Shown in pieces: positions 12,110-21,323 of a DNA stretch of 64,000 nucleotides (within the stretch, counting starts at the first letter, position 1; every line of letters begins with the position of its first letter). A model generated the notes under the pieces. It was not told where the DNA came from. It searched no databases and saw only the letters and a program-made list of their open reading frames with translations. This DNA is from Heteronotia binoei (lineage: Eukaryota). The stretch spans positions 72,230,001 through 72,294,000 of the forward strand of contig NC_083226.1 in assembly GCF_032191835.1 (NCBI RefSeq). The letters are read 5' to 3'. The translations under genes and the position numbers were made by a program.

Positions 12110-12574
12110 ATGGTGATTGTGAAAGATTATGGGGACCCAGCGCTGTTTAGGGGCTATTACCGTTCACTGGCTGATTACGCTCTCCCTCGATTTCATGGTG
12201 CACCCGTTATGTATGGGTCAGGAGTTGGAGGGATTTTTCAGAGGCTTTTCCGAATGGCTGTACCGCTTTTTAAAAAAGGGACAGACATTGTCAAGCCACA
12301 CTTGAAAACTGCAGCTCGCAATATTGCTCAAGATGTTGTGGGCCATGTGACATGTCACGTTATGAATAAACTTGAACCCCAGGAGGGATCGGGCTTTATG
12401 TATCTAAAAAGAAGGGGCGGACTTAAAAGAAAATGGTCTATTACATGTAGGGGGCCCCCAGGACCTGTTAAAAGAAGCTGTGGGGGCCCCAAGAAGCAGA
12501 AGGCCCTGAGGAAGAGGGGAGGAAAGAGGAAGAAGAAAAGGACTCCTCACGGGGGACTCAAAGACGTTTTATAA
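12110..12574 (+). CDS. Basic Maverick core protein (PW/pX-like; name uncertain)
   Basis: MVIVKDYGDP...PVMYGSGVGGIFQRLFRMAVPLFKK...QEGSG and a Lys/Arg-rich tail. Lies between mCP and MCP. Confidence 0.75.
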   Translation: MVIVKDYGDPALFRGYYRSLADYALPRFHGAPVMYGSGVGGIFQRLFRMAVPLFKKGTDIVKPHLKTAARNIAQDVVGHVTCHVMNKLEPQEGSGFMYLKRRGGLKRKWSITCRGPPGPVKRSCGGPKKQKALRKRGGKRKKKRTPHGGLKDVL

Positions 12575-12581
12575 GCGGGCC

Positions 12582-13900
12582 ATGGCATTCATCCACTGCG
12601 GCTCGGAAGAGTGTGTGAAGTCGGAGCTCAATCTGTTCCAAATAGCCCCGACACAAACTTGCATCGAGAAAAGCTTGTATATCAAAGTCCTATCCCTATC
12701 AGCCCTTACAGGATCTCTGCCTCTAGAGTTCTACATAGCTGGAAATGGGGAAGATTACATCAATTTAAACAATATACTCCTCCACGTGAAATGCAAAATT
12801 ACTCGAGAAGATGGCACAGACCTCCCTGCTGATGCTAGAGTGGCACTGGTGAACTACCCTATAGCATCCACATTCAGTCAGCTGGATGTGACCGTTGGAG
12901 ATTGGCTGATCAGCCAGAGCAATAATTGCTACCCCAATAGGGCAATGATTGAAACTCTGCTCAATTACAGCAGGGAAACCCTAGGCACACAATTTTCAGC
13001 AGGTGGTTTTTATAAGGATATGGCTGGCCAGCACAAATCCACCATCCTGACAAACCCCGTCAACAAGGGGTTTGCCAAGAGTGCAGAACTAACGGCTGAG
13101 AGCAGGGTGATAGACCTTTTAGGGCATCTCCACATGGACCTATTTTTTCAAGAAAAACTGCTACTAGAGGGAGTGGATGTGAAAATCAAACTAAACCACA
13201 GCAGGGACACCTTCTGCTTGATGAGCGGTACGGGAGACGGGACACGTTTTAAGCTCCAGTTGGATTCAGTCTATCTCTTTGTGAAAAAAGTGAGGGTGTC
13301 CCCAAGTGTCCGACTGGCCCATGATGAAGCACTGATGACCTCCACAGCAAAATACCCTGTGGACCGTGTCAGCATGGAAGTGTTCAATATCTCAGCAGGA
13401 GCCCGTGTAAGCAACCAAGACAACTTGTTTTTGGGACAGCTTCCCAAAATGGTGGTCATGGCTCTGGTGGACAATGACACTTTCAGCGGCAGCTTCACCA
13501 AAAATCCTTTCCACTTTAAAGATTACAACATTAACTTTGCAGCCCTATATGTGGACGCGGAGCAGATCCCCCCCCAAAACCCTTCCAGCCCGACTTTGCC
13601 ATGGGGAACAACGTGAGAGACTACATGAGTTTGGTGCAAACGGCGGGGAAGAATCTTCAGGATAGACCGCTCCTAATAGATCATGATGAGTATTGGAACG
13701 GGTACACTCTGTTTGCCTTTGACCTCTCTCCCTATCAGGAATGTGCAGACCATTACTCCCTGATAAAAATGGGGAACCTGAGAGCTGAAATACGCTTTGC
13801 AGACGCACTCCCCCAAATGGTGAATTTGATCGTGTACGGGGTGTTTGACAACATCATCGAGATCAACCAAAGCCGCAACGTGCTCTTTGACTATATGTAA
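12582..13900 (+). pseudogene. Major capsid protein (double jelly-roll, Polinton/adintovirus type), one frameshift
   Basis: MAFIHCGSEECVKSELNLFQIAPTQTCIEKS...GHLHMDLFFQEKLLL...NPFHFKDY. Frameshift in the C8 run at 13568-13575, then GYTLFAFDLSP...GNLRAEIRFA...FDNIIEINQSRNVLFDYM*. Confidence 0.92.
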
Positions 13901-13901
13901 C

Positions 13902-14420
13902 ACGGATACTGTCCAGCTAACACGCGTCTTACTAGACAATCCTCACACCCGTAAAAGCTTCTTGAACCTCTTCCCCAGCGATCAGCTACCTGTTGAAAGG
14001 CTGTCCCAGAGGCCCATCTCTTCAGTGATGAAATCCCCACTACCTCCCAGGAGAATACTGGCTGGCGATTTATCTTGTTGACCCCGGGACCTCCGAGTTT
14101 TTTGACTCATTCGGCAACCCACCCTCTACCCCCTCTTTCCGCCTGCCATTATGTACTTTTTAAACAAGAATTCTAACGAGGTGCATTTCCAAAGGAATCG
14201 TCTCCAAGGACAACATCTAACACATGCGGACAGCACTGCCTGTTTTTTCTCCACCACCGCTGCAAAGGTGCCCCCTTTCACAAGATTATGAAGATGAATT
14301 CTCCCACCCCCAAACTGAATGACAGGATGGTCATGAGTTTTGCAAAAAGCACCCTGAAGAATTCAAGGACTTTACAAAACATGTACACTCGCACCCAAAC
14401 CTGTTTCTTGTGGTCCCCCT
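13902..14420 (+). pseudogene. Adenain-like cysteine protease
   Basis: (ACG)DTVQL...PGEYWLAIYL...EFFDSFG...LQG..SNTCGQHCLFFL across frameshifts. The catalytic His position reads TAC (14056-14058); Cys TGC is at 14225-14227. Confidence 0.88.
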
Positions 14421-14524
14421 AATAAAAATCTGTTGGAATATTAAAATGGAGTAAGCGTGTGTCTTTTGTCCATAAAATACTCAGAACCGAAAGATTTGCG
14501 TTAAAAAAAATTATTATTCTATAG

Positions 14525-15485
14525 TCAACCACGCCGTCTTCTTTTTTTTAAGAAGAAATAAGGAGGGGTGAATGTTTTTTGTTTTTTAGAAGAAATTACG
14601 GGTGTGCGCTTTAAAGCCGGAGACTGTGGGCTTTTCAAGTCTTCCAGCATTTTTCTAGCAGCCAGGATGCCCACCACTGAAGAGGGGACATATGAACATA
14701 TGAACATATGAAGCTGCCTTATACTGAATCAGACCTTTGGTCCATTAAAGTCAGTGTTGTCTTCTCAGACTGGCAGCGGCTCTCCAGGGTCTCAAGCTGA
14801 GGTTTTTCACACCTATTTGCCTGGACCCTTTTTTGGAGATGCCAGGGATTGAACCTGGGACCTTCTGCTTCCCAAGCAGATGCTCTACCACTGAGCCACC
14901 GTCCCTCCCCCCACCGTCCCTCCCCACCGTCCCGACGTTGAGTTTGGCCAGAGCCCTCATAAACATGTCCATGCCTTTAGGTGAGGGGGCAGAAGAGGGA
15001 GGGCGAGTCTGAGTAACAGCCTTGACCAAGTCAAGCAGATGGCTTCCAGCAACAGAGGCCCCTCTGTAAAGAAAAGTTCCCCTTTCATCCCAAGAGGCAA
15101 TTTCTTTGTTTTGATCCATTTTCTTTAGCAGCACACGGGCATTGTTCCTGTTTCGATGTGGTAGATTCTCTATCACCTCTTCAAAAACCGTTGCATTTTT
15201 TTTCTCAACGTCGAGTGTTAACTCAGTTTGCGGGAGATACAGATCCAGCTTAGTTTTCTCTTCCTCACCCATTCTGACGTGCGTGAGATATTTCTGAAGA
15301 AGAGAAGCATAGACCTTGGCCTTCTGGTATTCTGATAAATCCCCCCTCTCTAGAACCCTTTTCATCTCCTTGTCTAGACAGTGCACAACGGCGTGCCTGA
15401 TGGGTTCACTCTCAGAGGGCCGCTGAATAGTTAGACAATCTAACTGCTGGCTAGGGACCAGGTACATCTTCTCCGCAAGATCCAT
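14525..15485 (-). pseudogene. Conserved Maverick core ORF (PZ-like; name uncertain), interrupted by a SINE
   Basis: MDLAEKMYLVPSQQL...LDKEMKRVLER...WDERGTFLYRG...SHLLDLVK...LAKLNV, resuming as PSSVVG after the SINE at 14688-14933. Confidence 0.8.
14688..14933 (-). mobile_element. tRNA-derived SINE (Squam3-like) inserted in the Maverick gene
   Basis: Minus strand GGTGGCTCAGTGGTAGAGC (A box) and GGTTCAATCCC (B box), 3' tail (TATGTTCA)n. It splits codons ...LNV|PSS.... Confidence 0.88.
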
Positions 15486-15814
15486 CAGGAGGGTGTTAAA
15501 AAGCTGGTGAGCAAGGGCAGAACAAAAGCCAGCAAGGACCCTATAAAGCCCCCCTGCTGTCTCACCAGTTTCTTCTTCTTTGTAAGGAGAGTCTTAGAGC
15601 TGCTCAGGGTTTTAATCAGGGACCGTTTTTTTCGCAGGACAGTCTTCTGCCGCTGTGACAGGGGGATGACACCTTTTAGCGTGTTTAAAGCTATCTCCCC
15701 GATAGCCTTTATTAAATCGTTTGGAGCAGCGCACAGAATAGCATTCCTTAGATGAGGGGGTGATTTGGAGATGAGTATCAGGAGTCTTCCATTTCTTTTT
15801 AAGCATGCAGACAT
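15485..15814 (-). CDS. Small basic Maverick core protein (PM-like; name uncertain), intact 109 aa
   Basis: MSACLKRNGRLLILISKS...DLIKAIGEIALNTLKGVIPLS...RQQGGFIGSLLAFVLPLLTSFL. Lies directly downstream of the ATPase. Confidence 0.78.
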   Translation of the reverse strand: MSACLKRNGRLLILISKSPPHLRNAILCAAPNDLIKAIGEIALNTLKGVIPLSQRQKTVLRKKRSLIKTLSSSKTLLTKKKKLVRQQGGFIGSLLAFVLPLLTSFLTPS

Positions 15815-15865
15815 GCTTCCTCCATGCCAAGCTGACTCTCCTTAAAAGCCTCGCAGAGTTGAGCG

Positions 15866-16343
15866 TCAGCGCCTTTTAATTCCCCCGACTTTTTTTTTAA
15901 CAACATAGCAGACCAGGAGGTCTGGGGGGAACATCCCTGTATGAAGTCTGTAAGATTCTGGCGTGGTCACGTTTAAATCCACCATCAGGTAGCCGAAGGG
16001 CTTTCCCGTGGCATCTTCATAAGCCTCCATAAAAAAGGCCGCGTTCCCAGGGTACATCTGTCTGGCTAGAGTCGCTATTTGTAATTTATCTCTGGTTTTT
16101 TTTAACTAACACCATGTACTTGGTTTTCAGATTGATGGTTCTGCTGCTCTTCTCCTTGCAGAATAGATTCTGCACGATGTAAATAATACTCAGATTTATG
16201 TGATGAACGTATTTGGTGAAAGCATTTTCGATTTCGCCGCTATCGGAGGCACACGCCATCAGATCATCCACAATGACGAGGTTTATTTTATTAAGAGGTA
16301 GCAATTCATCATCATTAAAATTGGAGGGCAAATCCTCTACAAA
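15866..16343 (-). pseudogene. A32/FtsK-like genome-packaging ATPase, C-terminal part
   Basis: FVEDLP...LVIVDDLM (Walker B)...FTKYVHHINLSIIYIVQNLF...RTINL, frameshift in an A run near 16100, then LARQMYPG...DATGKPFGYLMVDL. The N-terminus (Walker A) is replaced by CR1. Confidence 0.9.
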
Positions 16344-18290
16344 CTAATAATACCCAGTATGGCGTTGGCCTTTTTTATTGCAATCGCACACTGTCTTGAC
16401 ATTATCAGTGAGTTATCTACCACGACCCCAAGATCTCTCTCTTGGTCAGTCTCTGGCAGTTCACACCCCATCAACTTGTATTTGCAGCTGGGATTCTTGG
16501 CCCCAATGTGCATTACTTTGCACTTGGCCACATTGAACATCTTCTGCCACGTTGACGCCCACTCACCCAGCCTCAACAGATCCCTTTGGAGTTCCTCACA
16601 ATCCTCTCTGGTTCTTACCACCCTGAACAATTTAGTGTCATCCGCAAACTTGGCCACTTCACTGCTTACTCTCAACTCCAAATCATTTGTGAACAAGTTA
16701 AAGAGCATGGGTCCCAGTACTGAGCCCTGCGGCACTCCACTGCTTACCGTCCTCCACTGCGAAGACTGCCCATTTATACTCACTCTCTGCTTCCTATTAA
16801 TTAGCCAGTTTTTGATCCACAAGAGGACCTGTCCTTTTACTCCATGACTCTCGAGCTTACTAAGGGGCCTTTGATGAGGAACTTTATCAAAAGCTTTTTG
16901 GAAGTCAAGGTAAACAATATCTATCGGGTCTCCTTTGTCCACATGTTTGTTCACCCCCTCAAAGAAATGTAACAGGTTAGTGAGGCAAGATCTTCCCTTG
17001 CAGAACCCATGCTGAGTCTTCCTCAATAACTCGTGTTCATCAATGTGCCCACTCATTCTGTCCTTGATAATGGTTTCTACCAACTTTCCCGGTATTGAAG
17101 TCAGACTGACTGGCCTGTAGTTACCCGGATCTCCTCTGGAACCCTTTTTAAAGATGGGGGTGACATTTGCTACCTTCCAGTCCTCAGGAACGGAGGCAGA
17201 TATCAATGAAAGATTACATATTTTTGTCAAAAGATCCACAAGTTCATCTTTGAGTTCTTTCAGAACTCTTGGGTGTATGCCATCTGGACCTTGTGACTTA
17301 TTAGTTTTTAATTCGTCCATCAGTTGTAAGACCTCCTCTGTTTTCACCTCAATTTGGCTCAGGTCTTTCAATACCCCTTCCAATAGAAGTGGTTCCGGAG
17401 CAGGCAAACACTTCTCATCTTCCACAGTGAAGACGGAGGCAAAAAATTCATTTAGCTTCTCAGCCATTTCCTTATCCTCCTTCAGTAATCCTTTGACCCC
17501 CAAGCTTCCCCAAGGGTTTTGACTGTATGTACCTTTCCTTTCAGTTTCCTCCTCACATGCCTCCTCATCTCAGTGTATTTACCCCTTTTAAAGTTAAACG
17601 TGGTTGTGGGGTCTTTTTGGACAACTCCCTATTTATACAAACGGTGCAATCAATAACATTATGGTCACTGCTCCCAAGCGGCGCAATCACTTTTACATCT
17701 CTCACCAAGTCTTGGGCATTACTTAGGACCAAATCCAGGATCGCCCCACCCCTGGTAGGTTCTGAGACCATCTGCTCCATAGCACATTCATTGAGAGCAT
17801 CAAGAAACTCAATCTCTTTCTCTCGACCAGAACACATATTGACCCAATCAATCTGCGGGTAGTTAAAATCACCTATTACGACACAGTTTTTACGTTTAGC
17901 CACTATCTTTAAGTTTTCCATCATATTATAATCGTCCTCTCTCTTTTGATTTGGTGGGCGATAACAAACTCCCATAGTTAAATTTCCTTTTGGGCCCTCT
18001 ATTCCAACCCAAAGCATTTCTAAAAGTGAATCTAATTCTCTGACCTCAGTCTTACTGGACCGTATATCCTCTCTGACGTACAGAGCCACCCCACCTCCAA
18101 CCCTTCCCTCCCTATCCTTTCAATATAGCTTATATCCAGGAATCACCGTGTCCCACTGATTCTCCTCATTCCACCAAGTTTCTGAAATTCCCACAATGTC
18201 TATGTTTTCTCCCAACACTAAACATTCCAATTCACCAATTTTACTTTGAACACTTCTAGCATTTGCATACAAACATCTATAATTTCCCTG
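16344..18290 (-). pseudogene. CR1 ORF2 (AP endonuclease + reverse transcriptase)
   Basis: CLYANARS, ISETWW, GDFNYP, SSDHN; RT motifs PGNYRPVSLTS, YLDFQKAFDKV, GVPQGSVLGP, FADDTKL. Stop at ~18120 and a deletion near 17505. Confidence 0.92.
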
Positions 18291-18481
18291 GCGAGCTAGG
18301 CCCACCACCTTCCCCCTGCCACCTCGAGACTCTGGCAGACAGTCCATATTGTTTGTCGCCTTTACAGTGGACAACTCTGGTCTGTTACCCGGTAGAAAAA
18401 TAGCAGCTAACCCTTCATCTCTTTGAGTCGAGTCCTCCCAAACCAGAGACATTTCATCTCCTGTCGGCTTTCCCCCAAGAT

Positions 18482-19381
18482 TTAGTTTAAAAACTGCTTT
18501 GCCACCTTTTTGATTTTAAGCGCCAGCAGCCTGGTTCCATCCGGGGACAAGTGGAGACTGTCTCTTTTGTACAGCTCCCGCTTGTTCCAGAAAGCATCCC
18601 TGTGCCTAACAAACTTAAACCCTTCCTCCTTACACCATCGTCTCATCCACACATTGAGACTTCTAATTTGTGCCTGTCTCTCCTGCCCTGCACGTGGAAC
18701 AGGTAGCACTTCCGAGAAGGCTACCTTGGAGGTCCTGGCCTTAAGTCTCCCGCCTAGCAGCCTAAATTTTTCCTCCAGGACCTCACGACTGCATTTCCCC
18801 ACATCGTTGGTGCCAACATGCACCACGACCACAGGCTCCTCCCCAGCACTGTCTATCAGTCCATCTACTACACGCGTAATGTCCGCTACCTTTGCACCAG
18901 GCAGGCAAGTCACCATACGGTCAGTACGCGGTTTCGCCACCCAGCTGTCTACTTGCCTAAGGATCGAATCACCAACTACCAAAAACCCCCCTCTCCCCCT
19001 GCTCAGGGATGGTTCCTTGGCGCGAAAGGATTCCCGCTCACCAACCGAAGAAGAGGTCCCTTCTGAGGGCGCATTCCCCTTGTCCTCAGCACGGTGCCCT
19101 GTTCCCTCTCGCTCTCTGGCAGCAACGGGGCTGCTACGTTCAGAGCGGGGCTCATCTAATATGCCCCCGAGAGTCTTCCCCAAGTGCCTAACTGACCGTC
19201 TCTACTTCTCCAGGGCAGTCACCTCGGCCTCAAGGGTACGAACTCGTTCCCTGAGGACCAGGAGCTCCTTGCATCGAGCACACACCCAAGACTTCTGTCC
19301 TTTGGGCAGATAGTCATACATGTGACACTCAGTGCAAAACACTGGAAAGCCCCCAACCCCCTGCTGGCATTCTATCTTCAT
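18482..19381 (-). pseudogene. CR1 ORF1 (Cys-rich finger + SGNH/GDSL esterase)
   Basis: FCTECHMY...VCARCKE, one premature stop near 19205, then VVGDSIL, HVGTNDV, DSLHLS. Confidence 0.9.
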
Positions 19382-19919
19382 GATATATATATATTAAAAT
19401 ATACAGTCCTCTTTAAATGCTGTTTGTTTAAGTGGCTCCCCTTCTGGAGGGTCAACTTACCTTACCTCAACTTACCTTATTGGGAACTTACCTTATTTAG
19501 AGAACAAGGAAATCAGGGATCTGGGTTCCTGGCCCTTAGAGAGCCCCTAGGTGAAGAGCCACAGGCCAAGAGCCCTTTAGCTCTCGCCAAAGGCTCGCGC
19601 CTTTGGGAAGGCGCAGCTTAAAATGCAAAGAGGGTGGAGCAGAGGCACTCCTCAGCAATCAGCAGCAATCACTCTTAATCTCTTTCACCCTTAGGCCAGT
19701 CAACCAAACAAAGAGCAGTCAACCAAACAAAGAGCAGTTCCCCAGCTATCACACCTTAGAATTTTAGGCAGCCCCACAAACCTTAGAATGAAGTCCTTAG
19801 AATGAAGTCCTTCAAAACTCAGAAATTCTCAGCAATTTCTCCAGCTGTCTCAGCTATCAGAGCTGCTCTGCTCCTCTCAGACCTCTGTGAGACCTCACTT
19901 TTTAGCAGTTTTAACACTG

Positions 19920-20420
19920 TCCTTTATATTTATAAAATCCAAATTTCGCCTCTTCCTTCTCTTTTCTTCCAAGCTTTCTATACTTTCTTTTCCCACCTTT
20001 TAATTTTGTCCCTTTAAGTTATAAATAGTTCCGGAATGAAAAAATAATCTTCTGTACCTTTTCTTCCTAATATCCAAGTTTCCACTGGTCTTTCAAAGCT
20101 TTAGATGTTTAGCAATGTCCAAGAAGGTTAGGATTCTGACGAGCTTATGTCAAATAAATGACTCTGGGCACTTCTGCAGACGATGACTATGCAACTTCCC
20201 CTGAGACCCCTCAAAGCCTCAAAGAAGTCCCCCTCCGGGGCTCCCTTTAAGCCAAGGTAAATCTCCTTAAAGTTTTCTGTGCATGTCTTGGACTATTCTC
20301 TAACTGAGAAAAGTAAGCAGTAGGCATTAATTTGCCTTCCACTACCCCGAACAGAAGTTCCAGCCTGCTCCCGTTATGAGAGACAGCTTAGCTCGGCATT
20401 TTCCTCCCCCGGAAGTCGCT
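19920..20420 (-). mobile_element. Possible 5' fragment of an L1-like LINE
   Basis: Minus strand begins GACTTCCGGGGGAGGAAAATGCCG at the CR1b break, reminiscent of L1 5' ends. A weak IESLEEKRRKRRNL stretch follows. Not firmly assigned. Confidence 0.3.
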
Positions 20421-20897
20421 ATAATACCCTTTTTTGAGGTGCGGTGACCAGAACTGTACACAGTATTCCAAATGAGTCCGCACCATCGATTTATACAAGG
20501 GGGCATTATCATACTGGCTGCTTTGTTTTCAGTCCCCTTCCTAATAATTCCCAGCGTGGCGTTGGCCTTTTCTATTGCAATCGCACACTGTCTTGACATT
20601 TTTTTCAGTGAGTTATCTACCACAACCCCAAGATCTCTCTCTTGGTCAGTCTCTACAGGTTCACACCCCCATCAACTTGTATTTGTAGCAGGGATTCTTA
20701 GCCCCGATGTGCATTATTTTGCATTTGGCCATCTGCCACATTGTCGCTCGACTCACCCAGCCTCAACAGACCCCTTTGGAGTGCCTCACAATTCTTTCTG
20801 GTTCTCACCACCCTGAACAATTTAGTGTCATCTGCAAACTTGGCCACTTTGCTGCTTACTCCCGACCCCGGATCATTAATGAACAAGTTAAAGAGCA
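20421..20897 (-). mobile_element. Second CR1 RT fragment (truncated at both ends)
   Basis: LFNLFIND, FADDTKLFRVV, SRQCAIAIEKANATLGIIRKG. Confidence 0.88.
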
Positions 20898-21039
20898 CGA
20901 GTTGTATCGACACGCAACCTGATGCAACCTGATGTTAAAGGGACGTGTTACACGTATAAGGTTAGCCGTGCTCAGTTTTAAAGACATCATTTTATCCATT
21001 GGGCATGTCTCCTCTCCAAACTATGGCCGCTTAGAACCA

Positions 21040-21323
21040 TTGCATCTCCACAATTCTCTAAATAACGTCTGTGTTGCAAAACACACTTTCCCCCAAACAA
21101 TATGAAGCCTGCTACACCAGTGGCTGATCCTCCTTTCCCCCTTAGGAAACAGCCGGCATTCCTTGGGGGACGGATCCCTAGCCGCCCCCTCGGTGGACTG
21201 TAGCATCACTCCCCCATAAGGAAACTTACGACGTTCATTTTTGTGTGTGCACGCATGTGTGGGCGGAGCAGCTGTCACTTTGGAATGCGGCTTGATGATG
21301 ATAGGGTACCCTAATCTACTACT
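21040..21323 (-). repeat. Maverick right terminal inverted repeat
   Basis: Reverse complement starts AGTAGTAGATTAGGG, the typical Maverick AGT-repeat terminus, and is followed by the TSD. Confidence 0.93.

Larger units (their letters stand above)
16344..19900 (-). mobile_element. CR1 LINE with 5' UTR, ORF1 and ORF2; internal deletion; 3' end missing
   Basis: ORF1 and ORF2 motifs as listed below. Ends abruptly at ANAILGII, fused to the Maverick ATPase. The 5' boundary is approximate. Confidence 0.92.
9333..21323. mobile_element. Maverick/Polinton (adintovirus-like) endogenous element, internally deleted and decayed
   Basis: Left end GGTAGTAGATTAGGGTACCCTATCATC and right end GATGATAGGGTACCCTAATCTACTACT are inverted repeats. 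6-bp TSD CTGGTT at 9327-9332 and 21324-21329. Internal MCP, mCP, adenain and ATPase remnants. Confidence 0.95.

Noticed and set aside
14751-14933. C-terminal ~60 aa of the 244-aa ORF (GRDGGSVVEHLLGKQKVPG...) as a protein domain
   Set aside because: It is the inserted SINE read in frame; the real gene resumes at PSSVVG beyond the SINE.
16359-19313. Long plus-strand ORFs (16359-16847, 17154-17522, 18510-19313) and similar ORFs opposite the Gypsy
   Set aside because: They are antisense shadows of CR1/Gypsy coding sequence with no independent motifs.
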